From positions 1 through 47,905 of the forward strand of contig CAVSJV010000006.1 in assembly GCA_963728405.1 (NCBI GenBank): DNA of 47,905 nucleotides. The letters run 5' to 3'. The DNA comes from Methanomassiliicoccaceae archaeon (lineage in GTDB: Archaea > Thermoplasmatota > Thermoplasmata > Methanomassiliicoccales > Methanomassiliicoccaceae). Positions 1 through 9,310 of this stretch are shown in pieces; within the stretch, counting starts at the first letter, position 1; each line of letters starts with the position of its first letter. Under the pieces are notes generated by a model. That model had not been told where the DNA came from. It ran no database searches and was given only the letters and a program-made list of their open reading frames with translations. Position numbers and translations under genes: made by a program.

Positions 1-317
1 TGAACGATGCTCCGGCGTTAGCGAAGGCGGAGGTGGGCGTGGCCATGGGCGTCGCCGGCACCGATGTGGCGCTGGAAGCGGCGGACGTCGCGCTGATGGG
101 CGACGATCTCCGATACCTGATCTACGGCATTCGCCTGAGCAAGCGGTCGGCCCGGATCATCCGGCAGAACGTCGGTGTCGCCCTGGCCGTCAAGCTGGCG
201 CTGACCGTGCTCGCCCTGCCCGGCCTGGTGACCCTATGGATGGCCATCCTCATCGGCGATCTGGGCGTTTCACTGGGGGTCATCTCCAACGCCCTGCGGT
301 TGAACCGCTTCCGCTGA
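1..317 (+). CDS. Heavy-metal-translocating P1B-type ATPase, C-terminal part (runs off the window)
   Basis: Frame from base 3 reads NDAPALAKAEVGVAMG..GTDVALEAADVALMGDDL..IIRQN..GD...NALRL, the canonical P1B hinge and last TM motifs. Confidence 0.9.
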   Translation, partial: NDAPALAKAEVGVAMGVAGTDVALEAADVALMGDDLRYLIYGIRLSKRSARIIRQNVGVALAVKLALTVLALPGLVTLWMAILIGDLGVSLGVISNALRLNRFR

Positions 318-599
318 TCGATCGGCGTCATCGTGCTGTGCGTGCCACAGCTTGATGACCCCCTTGCGGGGCAGGGGTAACGGAAAGGCGCATCGGCAGG
401 AGACGCAGTAGGAGGTATCGGTCTGCACCCAGTAGTGGCAGCGGGGACATTCCTTCAGCAGGACGGCGGAGCAACGGGGGCATGCCCGATCGGTCCGCTC
501 CACCACGGCCTCGCAGTTGGCGCAGTGCCTTCTGACCTCTCCCCTGAGCCAATGGGCAGGCCACTCATGCTTCTTTGGTAGTTTTACGACCATTCTCAT
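270..599 (-). CDS. Double zinc-ribbon protein
   Basis: Four CxxC pairs (CANC, CPRC, CPRC, CVSC). Confidence 0.6.
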   Translation of the reverse strand: MRMVVKLPKKHEWPAHWLRGEVRRHCANCEAVVERTDRACPRCSAVLLKECPRCHYWVQTDTSYCVSCRCAFPLPLPRKGVIKLWHAQHDDADRSAEAVQPQGVGDDPQ

Positions 600-681
600 C
601 GCTCACTGTGGGGGGTGCATCCTGTCATCATGGTCCCCATTCGATGGTCGTCATCCTCGAGCCGGGCAAGTTATGGTGGCC

Positions 682-1294
682 TTAGCGGCTCAGCAGGTAC
701 ATCGGCAGCTCGAAGCCACTGACCGGCCCGACCTCCAGGCTCCAGCGGGTGATGCGCTCGATGTTGCCCTTCTGGTCCTTCGCTAGTCCGGGAATGAGCG
801 CCTTCCTGGAGGAGTTCTTCCCGGTGATGCCGCTGTCGGTGAGCGCCTTCATCACCGCCATAGGGGTGAAGGTGCTCGCCACCATCGAATTGTCCAGGGT
901 GTAGCCGTTGGTATCGACCGGTATCACGAACGCCTTGACCTTGGCGGCATCGAGCACCAGCTTGAGGATCTGATGGGTGATGATGGAGTTCCCGGTGATC
1001 AATATCGGCGAGCTCTCGTCCGGTGAGTTGAACTCGATCAGCCGTTCCGTCACCTTCTGTTGCATCGGATCGCTCTCTGGCAGGCGGATGTCGATGCTCA
1101 ATGCCGCGTCAATGGCCTCGGCCAGCTTCCCGTCGATTCTTTCCGCAGTCCGAGGCTTTCACCTTCTTGTCCACGAGCATCTGGGCGTACTCGGCCCAGC
1201 TCTTGGCCCCGCAGGACGATGCGTCCCCGTCGGGCAGATACTTCTGCAGGTCCTCCGCTTTTAGCTTGTAGAGATCTATTTCCTCGATGGTCAT
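682..1294 (-). CDS. Miniature CdhE/AcsC-like protein: degenerate N-terminal Fe-S domain plus C-terminal corrinoid-binding domain; one frameshift near 1140
   Basis: ORF 1109-1294 (KYLP..SCG...A..L..KK....DC) joins ORF 682-1101 (PDESSPILITGN..VDTNG..F..IPGL..WSLEVGP) on removal of one base; GGAGGAG precedes the ATG. Confidence 0.75.
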
Positions 1295-1307
1295 TCGTTC
1301 TCCTCCG

Positions 1308-1514
1308 TTACTCCTTTAAGACCAGGTCCGCGAACTCGGCCATGCGCTGGTCCCCCACCTCGCTGATGCGTTTCGCCAGGTCTATCACTTCCTGGATGTC
1401 CTCGGCCCCGATCCCCAGCTCCTTCGCCTTCGTCAGGTGGTGACGGAAGCAGGGCTGGCGGTGCCCGGCGACGGACGCGCCGATGGCCACCAGCTCCTTG
1501 TTGTGGGGCCCCAG
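1308..1514 (-). CDS. Carboxymuconolactone decarboxylase/AhpD-family small protein; probable CTG start
   Basis: KELVAIGASVAGH-RQPC-F.HH..AKELG...EI.E; the frame extends upstream to a CTG at 1514 preceded by GAGGAG. Confidence 0.7.
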   Translation of the reverse strand: MGPHNKELVAIGASVAGHRQPCFRHHLTKAKELGIGAEDIQEVIDLAKRISEVGDQRMAEFADLVLKE

Positions 1515-1518
1515 TCGA

Positions 1519-2640
1519 TCAGCTCCTCGTCGTCGCGGTCATTATCGTCCCGTCCTTGTTGTAATACTTACGGCGGAAGTACAGCGACAGATTGACCAGC
1601 GAGATGAGCACCGGCACTTCGACCAGCGGGCCGATGACCGTGGCGAAGGCCACCGCCGAGCTGATGCCGAACACGCCCACCGCCACGGCGATCGCGAGCT
1701 CGAAGTTGTTGCTCGCCGCGGTGAACGACTGCGCCGCAGCGTGGCCATAGTCGAACTTGAACCGCATGGACAGCCAGAATGACAGCAGGAACATGATGCT
1801 GAAGTAGAACAGCAACGGAATGGCGATGCGGACGACGTCGAGCGGGGTGTCCACAATGGACTGGGCGCGGAGCGAGAACATGACCACAATGGTGAAGAGA
1901 AGCGCCAGCAGCGAGACCTTCCCGGCCGCGGGCATGAACCTGTTGTCGTACCAATCGGCGCCCTTTCTTGGCCTAAGGGTATAGCGCGAGATCAACCCGG
2001 CGAAGAACGGTATCCCCAGGTAGATGATCACGCTGATCGCGACCGACACAATGGAGATATCCACCGCGACGCCGGAGCCTGGCGACAAAACATCCGATAG
2101 GATGGTGATGAGGAAGTAGGCATAGAACGAGTAGAGGACGATCTGGAATATCGAGTTCAGTGCCACCAGGATGGCGGCGTACTCGCAGTCGCCGTCGGCC
2201 AGGGTGTTCCATACCAGCACCATGGCGATGCATCTGGCGACCCCGGTGAGGATCAGACCGACGCGGTACAGCGGCTGATCGGGCAGGAATATCCAGGCCA
2301 GGGCGAACATCAGGAGGGGGCCGACGATATAGTTCAGGACGAGAGATGTGCTGAACATCTTCTTGGCGTCGGGTTGCTTTGCGATCTGACCGAGCTCCTC
2401 GTACTTCACTTTCGCCAAGGGCGGGTACATCATGAGGATCAGGCCGATGGCGATCGGTATGGAGGTCGTTCCGACGCTCAATGAGTTCAATGAATCCGCT
2501 AAGCCGGGGATCAGAACGCCCAATCCCACGCCTAAGGCCATGGCCGCGAAGATCCACACGGTCAGGTACTTGTTCAAAAAGGACAGCTTCTTTGGCGCCG
2601 TACCTGGCGGCGGACAATTCTCCCCTGCTACGTCGCTCAT
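1519..2640 (-). CDS. acr3: Acr3 arsenite efflux transporter
   Basis: YLTVWIF, GLILMMYPPLAKV, ARCIAMV, ASNNFELAIAVA and GPLVEVP motifs. Confidence 0.95.
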   Translation of the reverse strand: MSDVAGENCPPPGTAPKKLSFLNKYLTVWIFAAMALGVGLGVLIPGLADSLNSLSVGTTSIPIAIGLILMMYPPLAKVKYEELGQIAKQPDAKKMFSTSLVLNYIVGPLLMFALAWIFLPDQPLYRVGLILTGVARCIAMVLVWNTLADGDCEYAAILVALNSIFQIVLYSFYAYFLITILSDVLSPGSGVAVDISIVSVAISVIIYLGIPFFAGLISRYTLRPRKGADWYDNRFMPAAGKVSLLALLFTIVVMFSLRAQSIVDTPLDVVRIAIPLLFYFSIMFLLSFWLSMRFKFDYGHAAAQSFTAASNNFELAIAVAVGVFGISSAVAFATVIGPLVEVPVLISLVNLSLYFRRKYYNKDGTIMTATTRS

Positions 2641-2675
2641 CGAATCCTCTCCAGCTATGAATGAACAATGGCTAA

Positions 2676-2693
2676 TTTCAATTATTGTTGAAA
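2676..2693. promoter_or_regulatory. Putative ArsR operator palindrome TTTCAA-TTATTG-TTGAAA between divergent acr3 and arsC
   Basis: Perfect 6-6-6 inverted repeat beside an AT-rich TATA-like tract; recurs elsewhere in the island. Confidence 0.7.
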
Positions 2694-2765
2694 CGATTGA
2701 TAGATATAAATAAGTTCCTAACCATTGTTACCTAAGAAGCCAAACGGAATATTTGGAGGCACCAT

Positions 2766-3182
2766 TTGAAGACCGTCTTATTCATCTGCACTCATAATTC
2801 TGCTCGCTCACAGATGGCCGAAGGCCTTGCAAATTCCCTTTATTCTACCGTTCTAACAGCCAAAAGCGCTGGGACAAAACCTAGCGTGGTGCACCCCTTA
2901 GCCCTGCGGGTAATGGCCGAGTTGGACATCGACATCTCAGGCCAAAGGTCCAAGAGCCTTGACGTGTTCGAGGGGCAGGACTTTGATTACGTGGTAATGG
3001 TCTGTTCGAACGCGGCAGAGACCTGTCCGTTCTTTCCCGGAGGCAGAGTGCAGATCCATCATGCATTCGACGATCCGGCGAGCGTGGACGGCACCGAAGA
3101 AGAGAAGCTGCGAGCATTTCGGAAGAGCAGGAATCAGATCAATAAGTGGATGATCGACAATCTGGTGTTGTCGAACAAGTAA
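2766..3182 (+). CDS. arsC: Thioredoxin-coupled arsenate reductase (LMWP family)
   Basis: CTHNSARSQMAE active-site loop and the VC..AAETCP resolving cysteines. Confidence 0.93.
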   Translation: MKTVLFICTHNSARSQMAEGLANSLYSTVLTAKSAGTKPSVVHPLALRVMAELDIDISGQRSKSLDVFEGQDFDYVVMVCSNAAETCPFFPGGRVQIHHAFDDPASVDGTEEEKLRAFRKSRNQINKWMIDNLVLSNK

Positions 3183-3194
3183 GGGGTTGCGTGA

Positions 3195-3569
3195 ATGGCT
3201 GCAAGGGGTCCGAAGAAAAACGAGTGTTGCACAGATAGCATGAATCTACCTGAGGAAATGGAAGCGGCTCTTCGCCAGCAAGGTGGATTGGAAAAGCTAA
3301 AATGCCGCATTCCAAGCAAGGAAAGCCTTGTTCTGGAAGCGAAGGTTTTCAACGCTCTTTCCGATCCAATACGCCTTCAGATCCTACACGCTCTTCGCTT
3401 CATCGAACTATGTCCTTGCCTCCTTAAGGAAATAATCGATCTATCTGATTCAAAATTGTCCTATCATCTGAATATTCTGGAGGAGGCCGATCTTATCGCC
3501 TCATCCCCTCGAAAGAGGTGGCGTATCTACATGCTAACTGAACAGGGCAGGTCTTTGATCAAAGAATGA
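3195..3569 (+). CDS. arsR: ArsR/SmtB metalloregulator
   Basis: FNALSDPIRLQIL, ELCPC, LSYHLNILEEA; N-terminal CC pair. Confidence 0.92.
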   Translation: MAARGPKKNECCTDSMNLPEEMEAALRQQGGLEKLKCRIPSKESLVLEAKVFNALSDPIRLQILHALRFIELCPCLLKEIIDLSDSKLSYHLNILEEADLIASSPRKRWRIYMLTEQGRSLIKE

Positions 3570-3610
3570 TCTGCACCTATTTCCGTGATAATCCTTGCCG
3601 TGAGCATTAA

Positions 3611-3922
3611 CTATTCGCTTTTGGTTTTTCCAAACAACTGATCGTCTGGAATCAATATAATTATGGGCGCCATGCCAGTCTGCACCCTCGTCAGCAACAT
3701 GAATTCGCCTCCGCAAACAATATCTAGTTTATCACGGACCTCTTTAGGGATGACCATCATGCCGCGCCCATCGACCCTTAGAATGTGGTTGATGCCGATT
3801 GTTCCGCCCGCTGTGGCGGATTGAATCGCCTGCGTACGATGGCGTTCACTCTCGCTTGAATGTCCTGTGGGCACTTTGTTGAGTTCGATACTTTTTCCTT
3901 TTTTATCCTTTTTTTGAGTCAT
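3611..3922 (-). CDS. AbrB/MazE/SpoVT-like DNA-binding protein
   Basis: VDGRGMMVIPKEVRDKLDI..G swapped-hairpin signature. Confidence 0.65.
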   Translation of the reverse strand: MTQKKDKKGKSIELNKVPTGHSSESERHRTQAIQSATAGGTIGINHILRVDGRGMMVIPKEVRDKLDIVCGGEFMLLTRVQTGMAPIIILIPDDQLFGKTKSE

Positions 3923-3953
3923 AATGTTCTTAATATTTTTTTAGAAAGAGTTA

Positions 3954-3973
3954 GACCGGGGAACCGCCCGGTC
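3954..3973 (-). terminator. Hairpin directly after the arsA stop
   Basis: GACCGGG-GAACCG-CCCGGTC. Confidence 0.4.
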
Positions 3974-5800
3974 CTATTGGTTGAAGATCGTTTTGCCAAG
4001 TGAGCGAAGATTGGTCACTCCTTCCGGCGCATGGTCTAGGAGAGGGACCAGGAACAAAGGAGTGTGGAACCGTGGTTCTATCTCTGCGAGGTACTTCTCC
4101 TGCTGCCTCCTACGGTTCTCAAAGAACTCATTGTGTCCATACTCCTTGGGCAGGATGTAGTTCACCGCCACCAGGGCGGTCTCGATGCCTACCTGCTTCC
4201 TTAGTTCCTGCGATGCCCTCCACGCCTCTATGATCGGCGTGTACTCGGGATATACGACGAACACGAAGGTGCTCTTGTCCTTGGACCTCATCGTATCGAT
4301 GACGCCCGCATACTTGTTCCGTGTATCCTCGGAAGTGTTCTTGGCCAGCGTTCCTAGGTCGATGAAGCCCTTCCAGTCTGACGGCAGCTCCAGCAGGTGT
4401 ATGGTGTGGCCCGTGGGAGCGGTATCGAAGATCACGCTCTGGTAACCCTTCAGCTCGAAGTAGCTCATGAACTTCTCGAAGGCGGACATCTCCTCGGCGC
4501 AGGGGGAGTGAAGGTCCTCCTCTACTGATCTCCTGACATCCTCGGGTTGGTCCTTCACTGATTCGAGTATCCTGGCCTGATACTCCTCAAGAGCTACCTT
4601 CTGATCGATCCTGACCGCGTCCAGGTTCTTTACGCCGATCACAGGGGAGGGTTCCGATCCGATCTCCTGCCCGAATATCTCCTGAAGATGGGATGCAGGG
4701 TCGGTGGTCACGATGAGCGTCCTGAGGCCCTGGTCGGCCAGATATACGGACGTCGCGCAGGCCAGAGTGCTCTTTCCGACTCCGCCCTTCCCGGTGAAGA
4801 ATATGTATCTTGTGCCGTTGGCGGGATGCAGCAGCTTTCGGACCACGTCCAGGTCGCTCTTCACAGTGGCTAAAGATGCGGGCGTCCTTTCGGAAACGGC
4901 ATGGACCTGGGCCTTACGACCATCGAAGAGGTAAGAGGCGACAGATTCCAAAGCGTCCACCCCGTTGATCTCGGTGTCCTGGAGGGGGTATTGTATCTTA
5001 TTGATGACGAAATCGTCCTTGATCTCCTCCAGCATACTGTCCTCCTCTTCCTTCTTTTTCTTGAAGAAGGCATCGGTGGCCACGTTCGCTGGAAGAATGC
5101 CGTTGATGATCAGAGTGCTGGTCTTGATGCCCAGCTTGGACAGCTCCTCCATGCTGCGGTTGGTCTCGGTGATGGACGACCGCTCTGGCTTGAGGACGAA
5201 GAGGAACGATGTTTTTGCTCCGTCCTGGAGGTAGCCTATAGCTTTCTTGTACTTCACCTTGGCTCCCTGGAGTGATGAGCTCGGTCCGATGCAGGTCGAG
5301 CCGCCCTTGTCCAGCTCGGTGGACCAGCCACTGGGTAGCTCCAGTAATCGTATGGTGTGCCCGGTTGGCGCAGTATCGAAGACGACCGCATCGTACTGGG
5401 GGTCGTCCATGAACTCGATGAAGCTGTCGAAGGCCGCGACCTCTTCCACGCACGGACTTTTCAGCTGCTCCATCATCGAGTCCAGATTCTTCTGGTCCAA
5501 GATACCTTTCAAGGGAGAGACCATACGATCACGATACTCCTGCGACGCGACGTCGGGATTGATCTCGATCGCGAACAGGTTAGGAACGTTTCGTATAGCG
5601 GTGATGTGGTGCCCGATATCCTCTCCGAAGATGTCTCCCAGGTTCGGAGCGGGATCGGTGGTGACGATGAGCGTCTTGTAACCTTTACGGGCCAACCATA
5701 CCGCGGTGGCGCAGCTCATGGTGCTCTTTCCCACTCCTCCTTTTCCGCTGAAAAATATGAATTTGGTCTTGCCTTCTTGTGGTTCGATTAATGAATTCAT
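3974..5800 (-). CDS. arsA: Arsenite-activated ATPase with two NBDs
   Basis: Two GKGGVGKS and two DTAPTGH motifs; three metalloid-site Cys equivalents (SPCVEE, TCIGP, SPCAEE). Confidence 0.95.
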   Translation of the reverse strand: MNSLIEPQEGKTKFIFFSGKGGVGKSTMSCATAVWLARKGYKTLIVTTDPAPNLGDIFGEDIGHHITAIRNVPNLFAIEINPDVASQEYRDRMVSPLKGILDQKNLDSMMEQLKSPCVEEVAAFDSFIEFMDDPQYDAVVFDTAPTGHTIRLLELPSGWSTELDKGGSTCIGPSSSLQGAKVKYKKAIGYLQDGAKTSFLFVLKPERSSITETNRSMEELSKLGIKTSTLIINGILPANVATDAFFKKKKEEEDSMLEEIKDDFVINKIQYPLQDTEINGVDALESVASYLFDGRKAQVHAVSERTPASLATVKSDLDVVRKLLHPANGTRYIFFTGKGGVGKSTLACATSVYLADQGLRTLIVTTDPASHLQEIFGQEIGSEPSPVIGVKNLDAVRIDQKVALEEYQARILESVKDQPEDVRRSVEEDLHSPCAEEMSAFEKFMSYFELKGYQSVIFDTAPTGHTIHLLELPSDWKGFIDLGTLAKNTSEDTRNKYAGVIDTMRSKDKSTFVFVVYPEYTPIIEAWRASQELRKQVGIETALVAVNYILPKEYGHNEFFENRRRQQEKYLAEIEPRFHTPLFLVPLLDHAPEGVTNLRSLGKTIFNQ

Positions 5801-5858
5801 TTACCTTACCTCCTTAAACTAATTGTTCTGTCATTATGGCCTGGCCATTGAAGCCCGC

Positions 5859-6176
5859 TCAATGGTCCCCCAGCAGAGCCGTTTTCATCTCGTCATAGCT
5901 CATGTATCTCTGCTTGGCGAGGATCTTTCCGTCGAGCACGGTTATTGGTAGAATATCGGTGCCATGGTCCTTTACCAGCTTGAGCACCTCTGGGCTCTCT
6001 AGGAAGGCCGCCGCATTGAATGACAACGAAGCCCTTGTTATTCTCTTGCCAGGGAATTCGGCCTGAAGTTTCTTGACGTCCTCACTAAGTTGTATGAGAG
6101 CTTTGTCTGGCTCTGGGCCACAGATGCCCGTGGAGCAGCACAGCATTCCTTCGAATATTATCAGGTTCATCGGCAT
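5859..6176 (-). CDS. arsD: Arsenite metallochaperone
   Basis: IFE..LCCSTGICGP motif; immediately upstream of arsA. Confidence 0.93.
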   Translation of the reverse strand: MPMNLIIFEGMLCCSTGICGPEPDKALIQLSEDVKKLQAEFPGKRITRASLSFNAAAFLESPEVLKLVKDHGTDILPITVLDGKILAKQRYMSYDEMKTALLGDH

Positions 6177-6256
6177 TTTGTCACCAAACTATGAATTTAG
6201 ATACCATGGCCTTTCTTACATTACTATTCTCGATTGGTCATGGTAAACTTAGTTAC

Positions 6257-6321
6257 CATTTCAACATTATTTGAAATGTTATAGGAGTTAATAAGCCTTT
6301 TCATTTCAATATAATTTGAAG
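6257..6321. promoter_or_regulatory. Two ArsR-type palindromes upstream of arsDA
   Basis: CATTTCAA-CATTAT-TTGAAATG (6257-6278) and TTTCAA-TATAAT-TTGAAG (6304-6321). Confidence 0.7.
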
Positions 6322-6480
6322 CGAATGCTGTTCGATAGCGTTCAAAAAGGATCGAGGCATCCGTAGGAAAGAGAATTGGCGGCACCTAAAAGATCCACTG
6401 TCGAATGAGGAATTTAATGGTCGCGCCCCGTTCGACAGGGGAAAGTATGCCAAATTATCGTTTACTGAGGTTGCAAATGC

Positions 6481-7234
6481 TCATAGCCCCTTCAATGCCT
6501 TCCTCTTCAAAATCGAGCTGGCGGCCAATAGGAACACGACCGTGAAGCCTACCAGAACTAATACGTCAACAAGGAGAGGAATAACCGACGGTTGTCCCAT
6601 GGTCGCGTTCAGACCGTCCGATAGGTAGGTCAGAGGGGAGAACATGCTGACCACCCGGGCTCCCTCGGGCAAATCCGCCAGGGGGGTGAAGATGCCGGAG
6701 ATGAAGATGAGGGGGAACCGTATCAGCGCGGAGAGCATCATAACGTTGGACGGCACTCTTCCAGCCGGAGCGGAGAGGAGCACCCCCAGCGCGGCGAAGC
6801 AGAGGTTGCCCAGGAAGAAAAGGACTGGTAGGGCGAGGATGGTAGCCAGAGGTAGGGATATCGACAGGAACGCCGTCCCTACCAATAGAACGATGGCGCT
6901 TATGATGATGCCGAACAAGGTGCCCGCCAGCGTATCACCTAGAACGAGCGTCGGAATGCTCACCGGAAGTGTGAGCAGACGCTCGAAGGTACTCCGACTG
7001 CTTCTCCCAGGGGATGATCAGCGGGCCTACGGAAGAAGCGGTGAAGAAAATAGTCATCGCCAGAAAGCCCGGAAAATATCTTGATATGTCCAGTTGTCGG
7101 CCCACGAAGAACGCGAAGAACAGAAATGTCGGCAATATGAGCCCGAAGATGAACACCGGTGCCTTCCTGTAATAGATCCTTATATCCTTGCGAGCGGTGA
7201 CCGTGGCCCCGCGCATTACTATCGAATATCTCAT
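6481..7234 (-). CDS. ABC-2 type exporter permease; frameshift near 6992
   Basis: MRYSIV..KDIRIY..PGFLAM..WEKQS then (T)FERLLTLPVS..FISGIFTPL..PLTY after a one-base correction. Confidence 0.8.
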
Positions 7235-8170
7235 TTCTTGGCCTCCGTCAATTTGACGAAAAACGTCTTCGAGCGACGGCCCCAGTGTGGTCAGGGAGAC
7301 GATGTTCAATCCCTGCTCCTCCTTTACCGCCATGATCTTGTCGATCGCTTCGCCCACGTTTGAGGTGTATATCCTAATCTTGTCAGCGTGCTCCTCTAAT
7401 CTGGTGATGCATTGCGTTGAGAAGAACGCGCAATCGACCTTCCGGTCGAACGAGACCTCGATGGACTGCGTCTTCTCAAAGGTGGATTTCAAGTGCTCAG
7501 GCGAATCGACAGTGACAATCTTTCCCTTGTTGATGATGCACACCCTCTGACACAAGCGGCTGGCATCCTCTATGTTGTGGGTGGTGAGGATGACCGTGCA
7601 TCCCTTGGCGTTCAGCGTCTTGACCTTGTCCACGATCAACCTCCTGCTCTGAACGTCCAGGCCCTCCGTCGGCTCGTCCAGGAACAGTACCGACGGCTCG
7701 TGGACCATGGCGCAGCCGATGCTTATCCTCTGCTTCATGCCCTTGGAAAAACCCTTGATTACTTCGTCGGCTCGGTCATGAAGACTAAGATCCTTAAGCA
7801 TCTGGTCCGCTCGCTCCTCCCTCACGTTCTTGGCCAATCCATAGTATCTTCCGAATAGCTCCAGATTCTCCCGGGCGGTGAGGTCGATGTAGACGGTCCC
7901 GACCTCAGGAATGACGCCCATCCTTTCCTTGGCGATCAGCGGCTCCTTCTTCAGGTCGATGCCGTCGATGAGGATTCGCCCACTCTCCGGCTTAAGGACG
8001 CCAGTGAGCATGCGGATGGTCGTCGTCTTGCCCGCCCCGTTGGGGCCCAGGAGGCCGAAGAACTCGCCTTTTTGAACGGAAAAGGAGATGTTGTCCACCG
8101 CAACGAAGTCTCCGAACTTTTTGGTCAAGCCTTCCGCTACGATCGAGTATGTCAAGATACTAGCCTCCAT
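7231..8170 (-). CDS. ABC exporter ATP-binding subunit
   Basis: GPNGAGKTT, FSKGMKQR, LDEPT; removing one A in the run at 7259-7263 restores the end EDVFVKLTEAKK* overlapping the permease start (ATGA). Confidence 0.88.
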
Positions 8171-8266
8171 GTGCCTGGAATCTGAACAAGCAATCTCTAC
8201 CTGCAGTGCCAGCCCAGTCTTGGCTGCGGAAAACAATAGACATTTGACCGGTTGAGGAACCATTGG

Positions 8267-8917
8267 TCATAACTTGCTCTCCAGTAGCTGCAGGACATCG
8301 TCGATGTCCTCCTTGCTTGGATTGAGCCGTTCATAGTCCTTTTTTATCCCCAGGTCGGTGACGACCACATGGATGGTGGGCTCGATCCCAACGTGCTTTA
8401 ACATTTTGTAGGCGCAGCGAGTGGCGCATCCATCGATGACAATGATCCGACCAGCCTTCTTCGCTGAGGCGATGAACCCCTCCCCGTGCGAGCCAACGCC
8501 GGCCAGACAAGAGAACTTTCCTAGCCCTCTGCCGACCATAAGCTTGGCCGCCTCGTTGGATACCTGACCGACATTAGACCCGCCCGAGCAGGGATAGATC
8601 ATCGTTCCCGTGGTCGAGCAGCCGCAGGTGGGGTTGAGCACCTTTATCCCGGTAGCCAGTGGGCTAGTGACCTCCCTGTCCTTACCGTTGATCATTTCAA
8701 TTATCTCTTCCACGCTCGGTGCCTTTCCGAGGGAGACGATTTTGCCATCTATGATCAGTCCAGGAGTGCTGGTTATCCCCCGTCGTATGAACATCTCGAA
8801 GTCCTCGATCTTTTCGATGTTTGCCTCGATTCCAAGATGTTCGATCGCGGTCCGAACCTTGGTCTCCAAACGCCGGCAAGTATCACACCCCGTTCCGAAG
8901 ATCTCAATTTTTCTCAT
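8267..8917 (-). CDS. MTH895-type thioredoxin-like domain fused to a DGC putative zinc-binding domain
   Basis: IEIFGTGCDTC..TPGLIIDG, then IYPCSGGSNVGQ..CLAG..IDGC...C. Confidence 0.82.
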   Translation of the reverse strand: MRKIEIFGTGCDTCRRLETKVRTAIEHLGIEANIEKIEDFEMFIRRGITSTPGLIIDGKIVSLGKAPSVEEIIEMINGKDREVTSPLATGIKVLNPTCGCSTTGTMIYPCSGGSNVGQVSNEAAKLMVGRGLGKFSCLAGVGSHGEGFIASAKKAGRIIVIDGCATRCAYKMLKHVGIEPTIHVVVTDLGIKKDYERLNPSKEDIDDVLQLLESKL

Positions 8918-9066
8918 TTTATTCACTTCAATTAATCTCGTTCGATCACCAAAGGAGACGTCCGAAGAATATGGCCACAAATTTCTGTAGCTTTTCCCTC
9001 CATCGAGCTAGCCCAGCACCTAGGCGTTAAGCTCTATGCATCCCGCTCTTCCCATTGTGTTCTTTC

Positions 9067-9309
9067 TTACCTTTCAGATAACATTTCCTTGATCTCCTCG
9101 ACGCCAGGAACGCGACCGATCGCTACGATCTCGCCATCGATGACGAGCCCGGGCGTCATGGTTATCCCGCGCCTGATCAGCTCTTCAAAATCTTCGATCT
9201 TGACCACTTCGATATTGAGACCCATTTCTTCGACCGCTTCGCGGACGTTATTCTCCAATTGTTTGCACTTCGCGCATCCGGTTCCCAGCACCTCTATTTT
9301 TGATGCCAC
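9067..9309 (-). CDS. MTH895-type small redox-active disulfide protein
   Basis: IEVLGTGCAKC..TPGLVIDGE..GRVP; GTG start 2 bp after the upstream gene. Confidence 0.88.
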   Translation of the reverse strand: MASKIEVLGTGCAKCKQLENNVREAVEEMGLNIEVVKIEDFEELIRRGITMTPGLVIDGEIVAIGRVPGVEEIKEMLSER

Positions 9310-9310
9310 C

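Noticed and set aside
682-1294. Mercury methylase hgcA
   Set aside because: No N(V/I)WCA cap-helix cysteine, no C-terminal TM helices and no adjacent hgcB ferredoxin
6935-8263. Natural ABC ATPase-permease fusion (442-aa ORF)
   Set aside because: Removing one A from a homopolymer restores a normal ATPase end and an ATGA overlap with a separate permease
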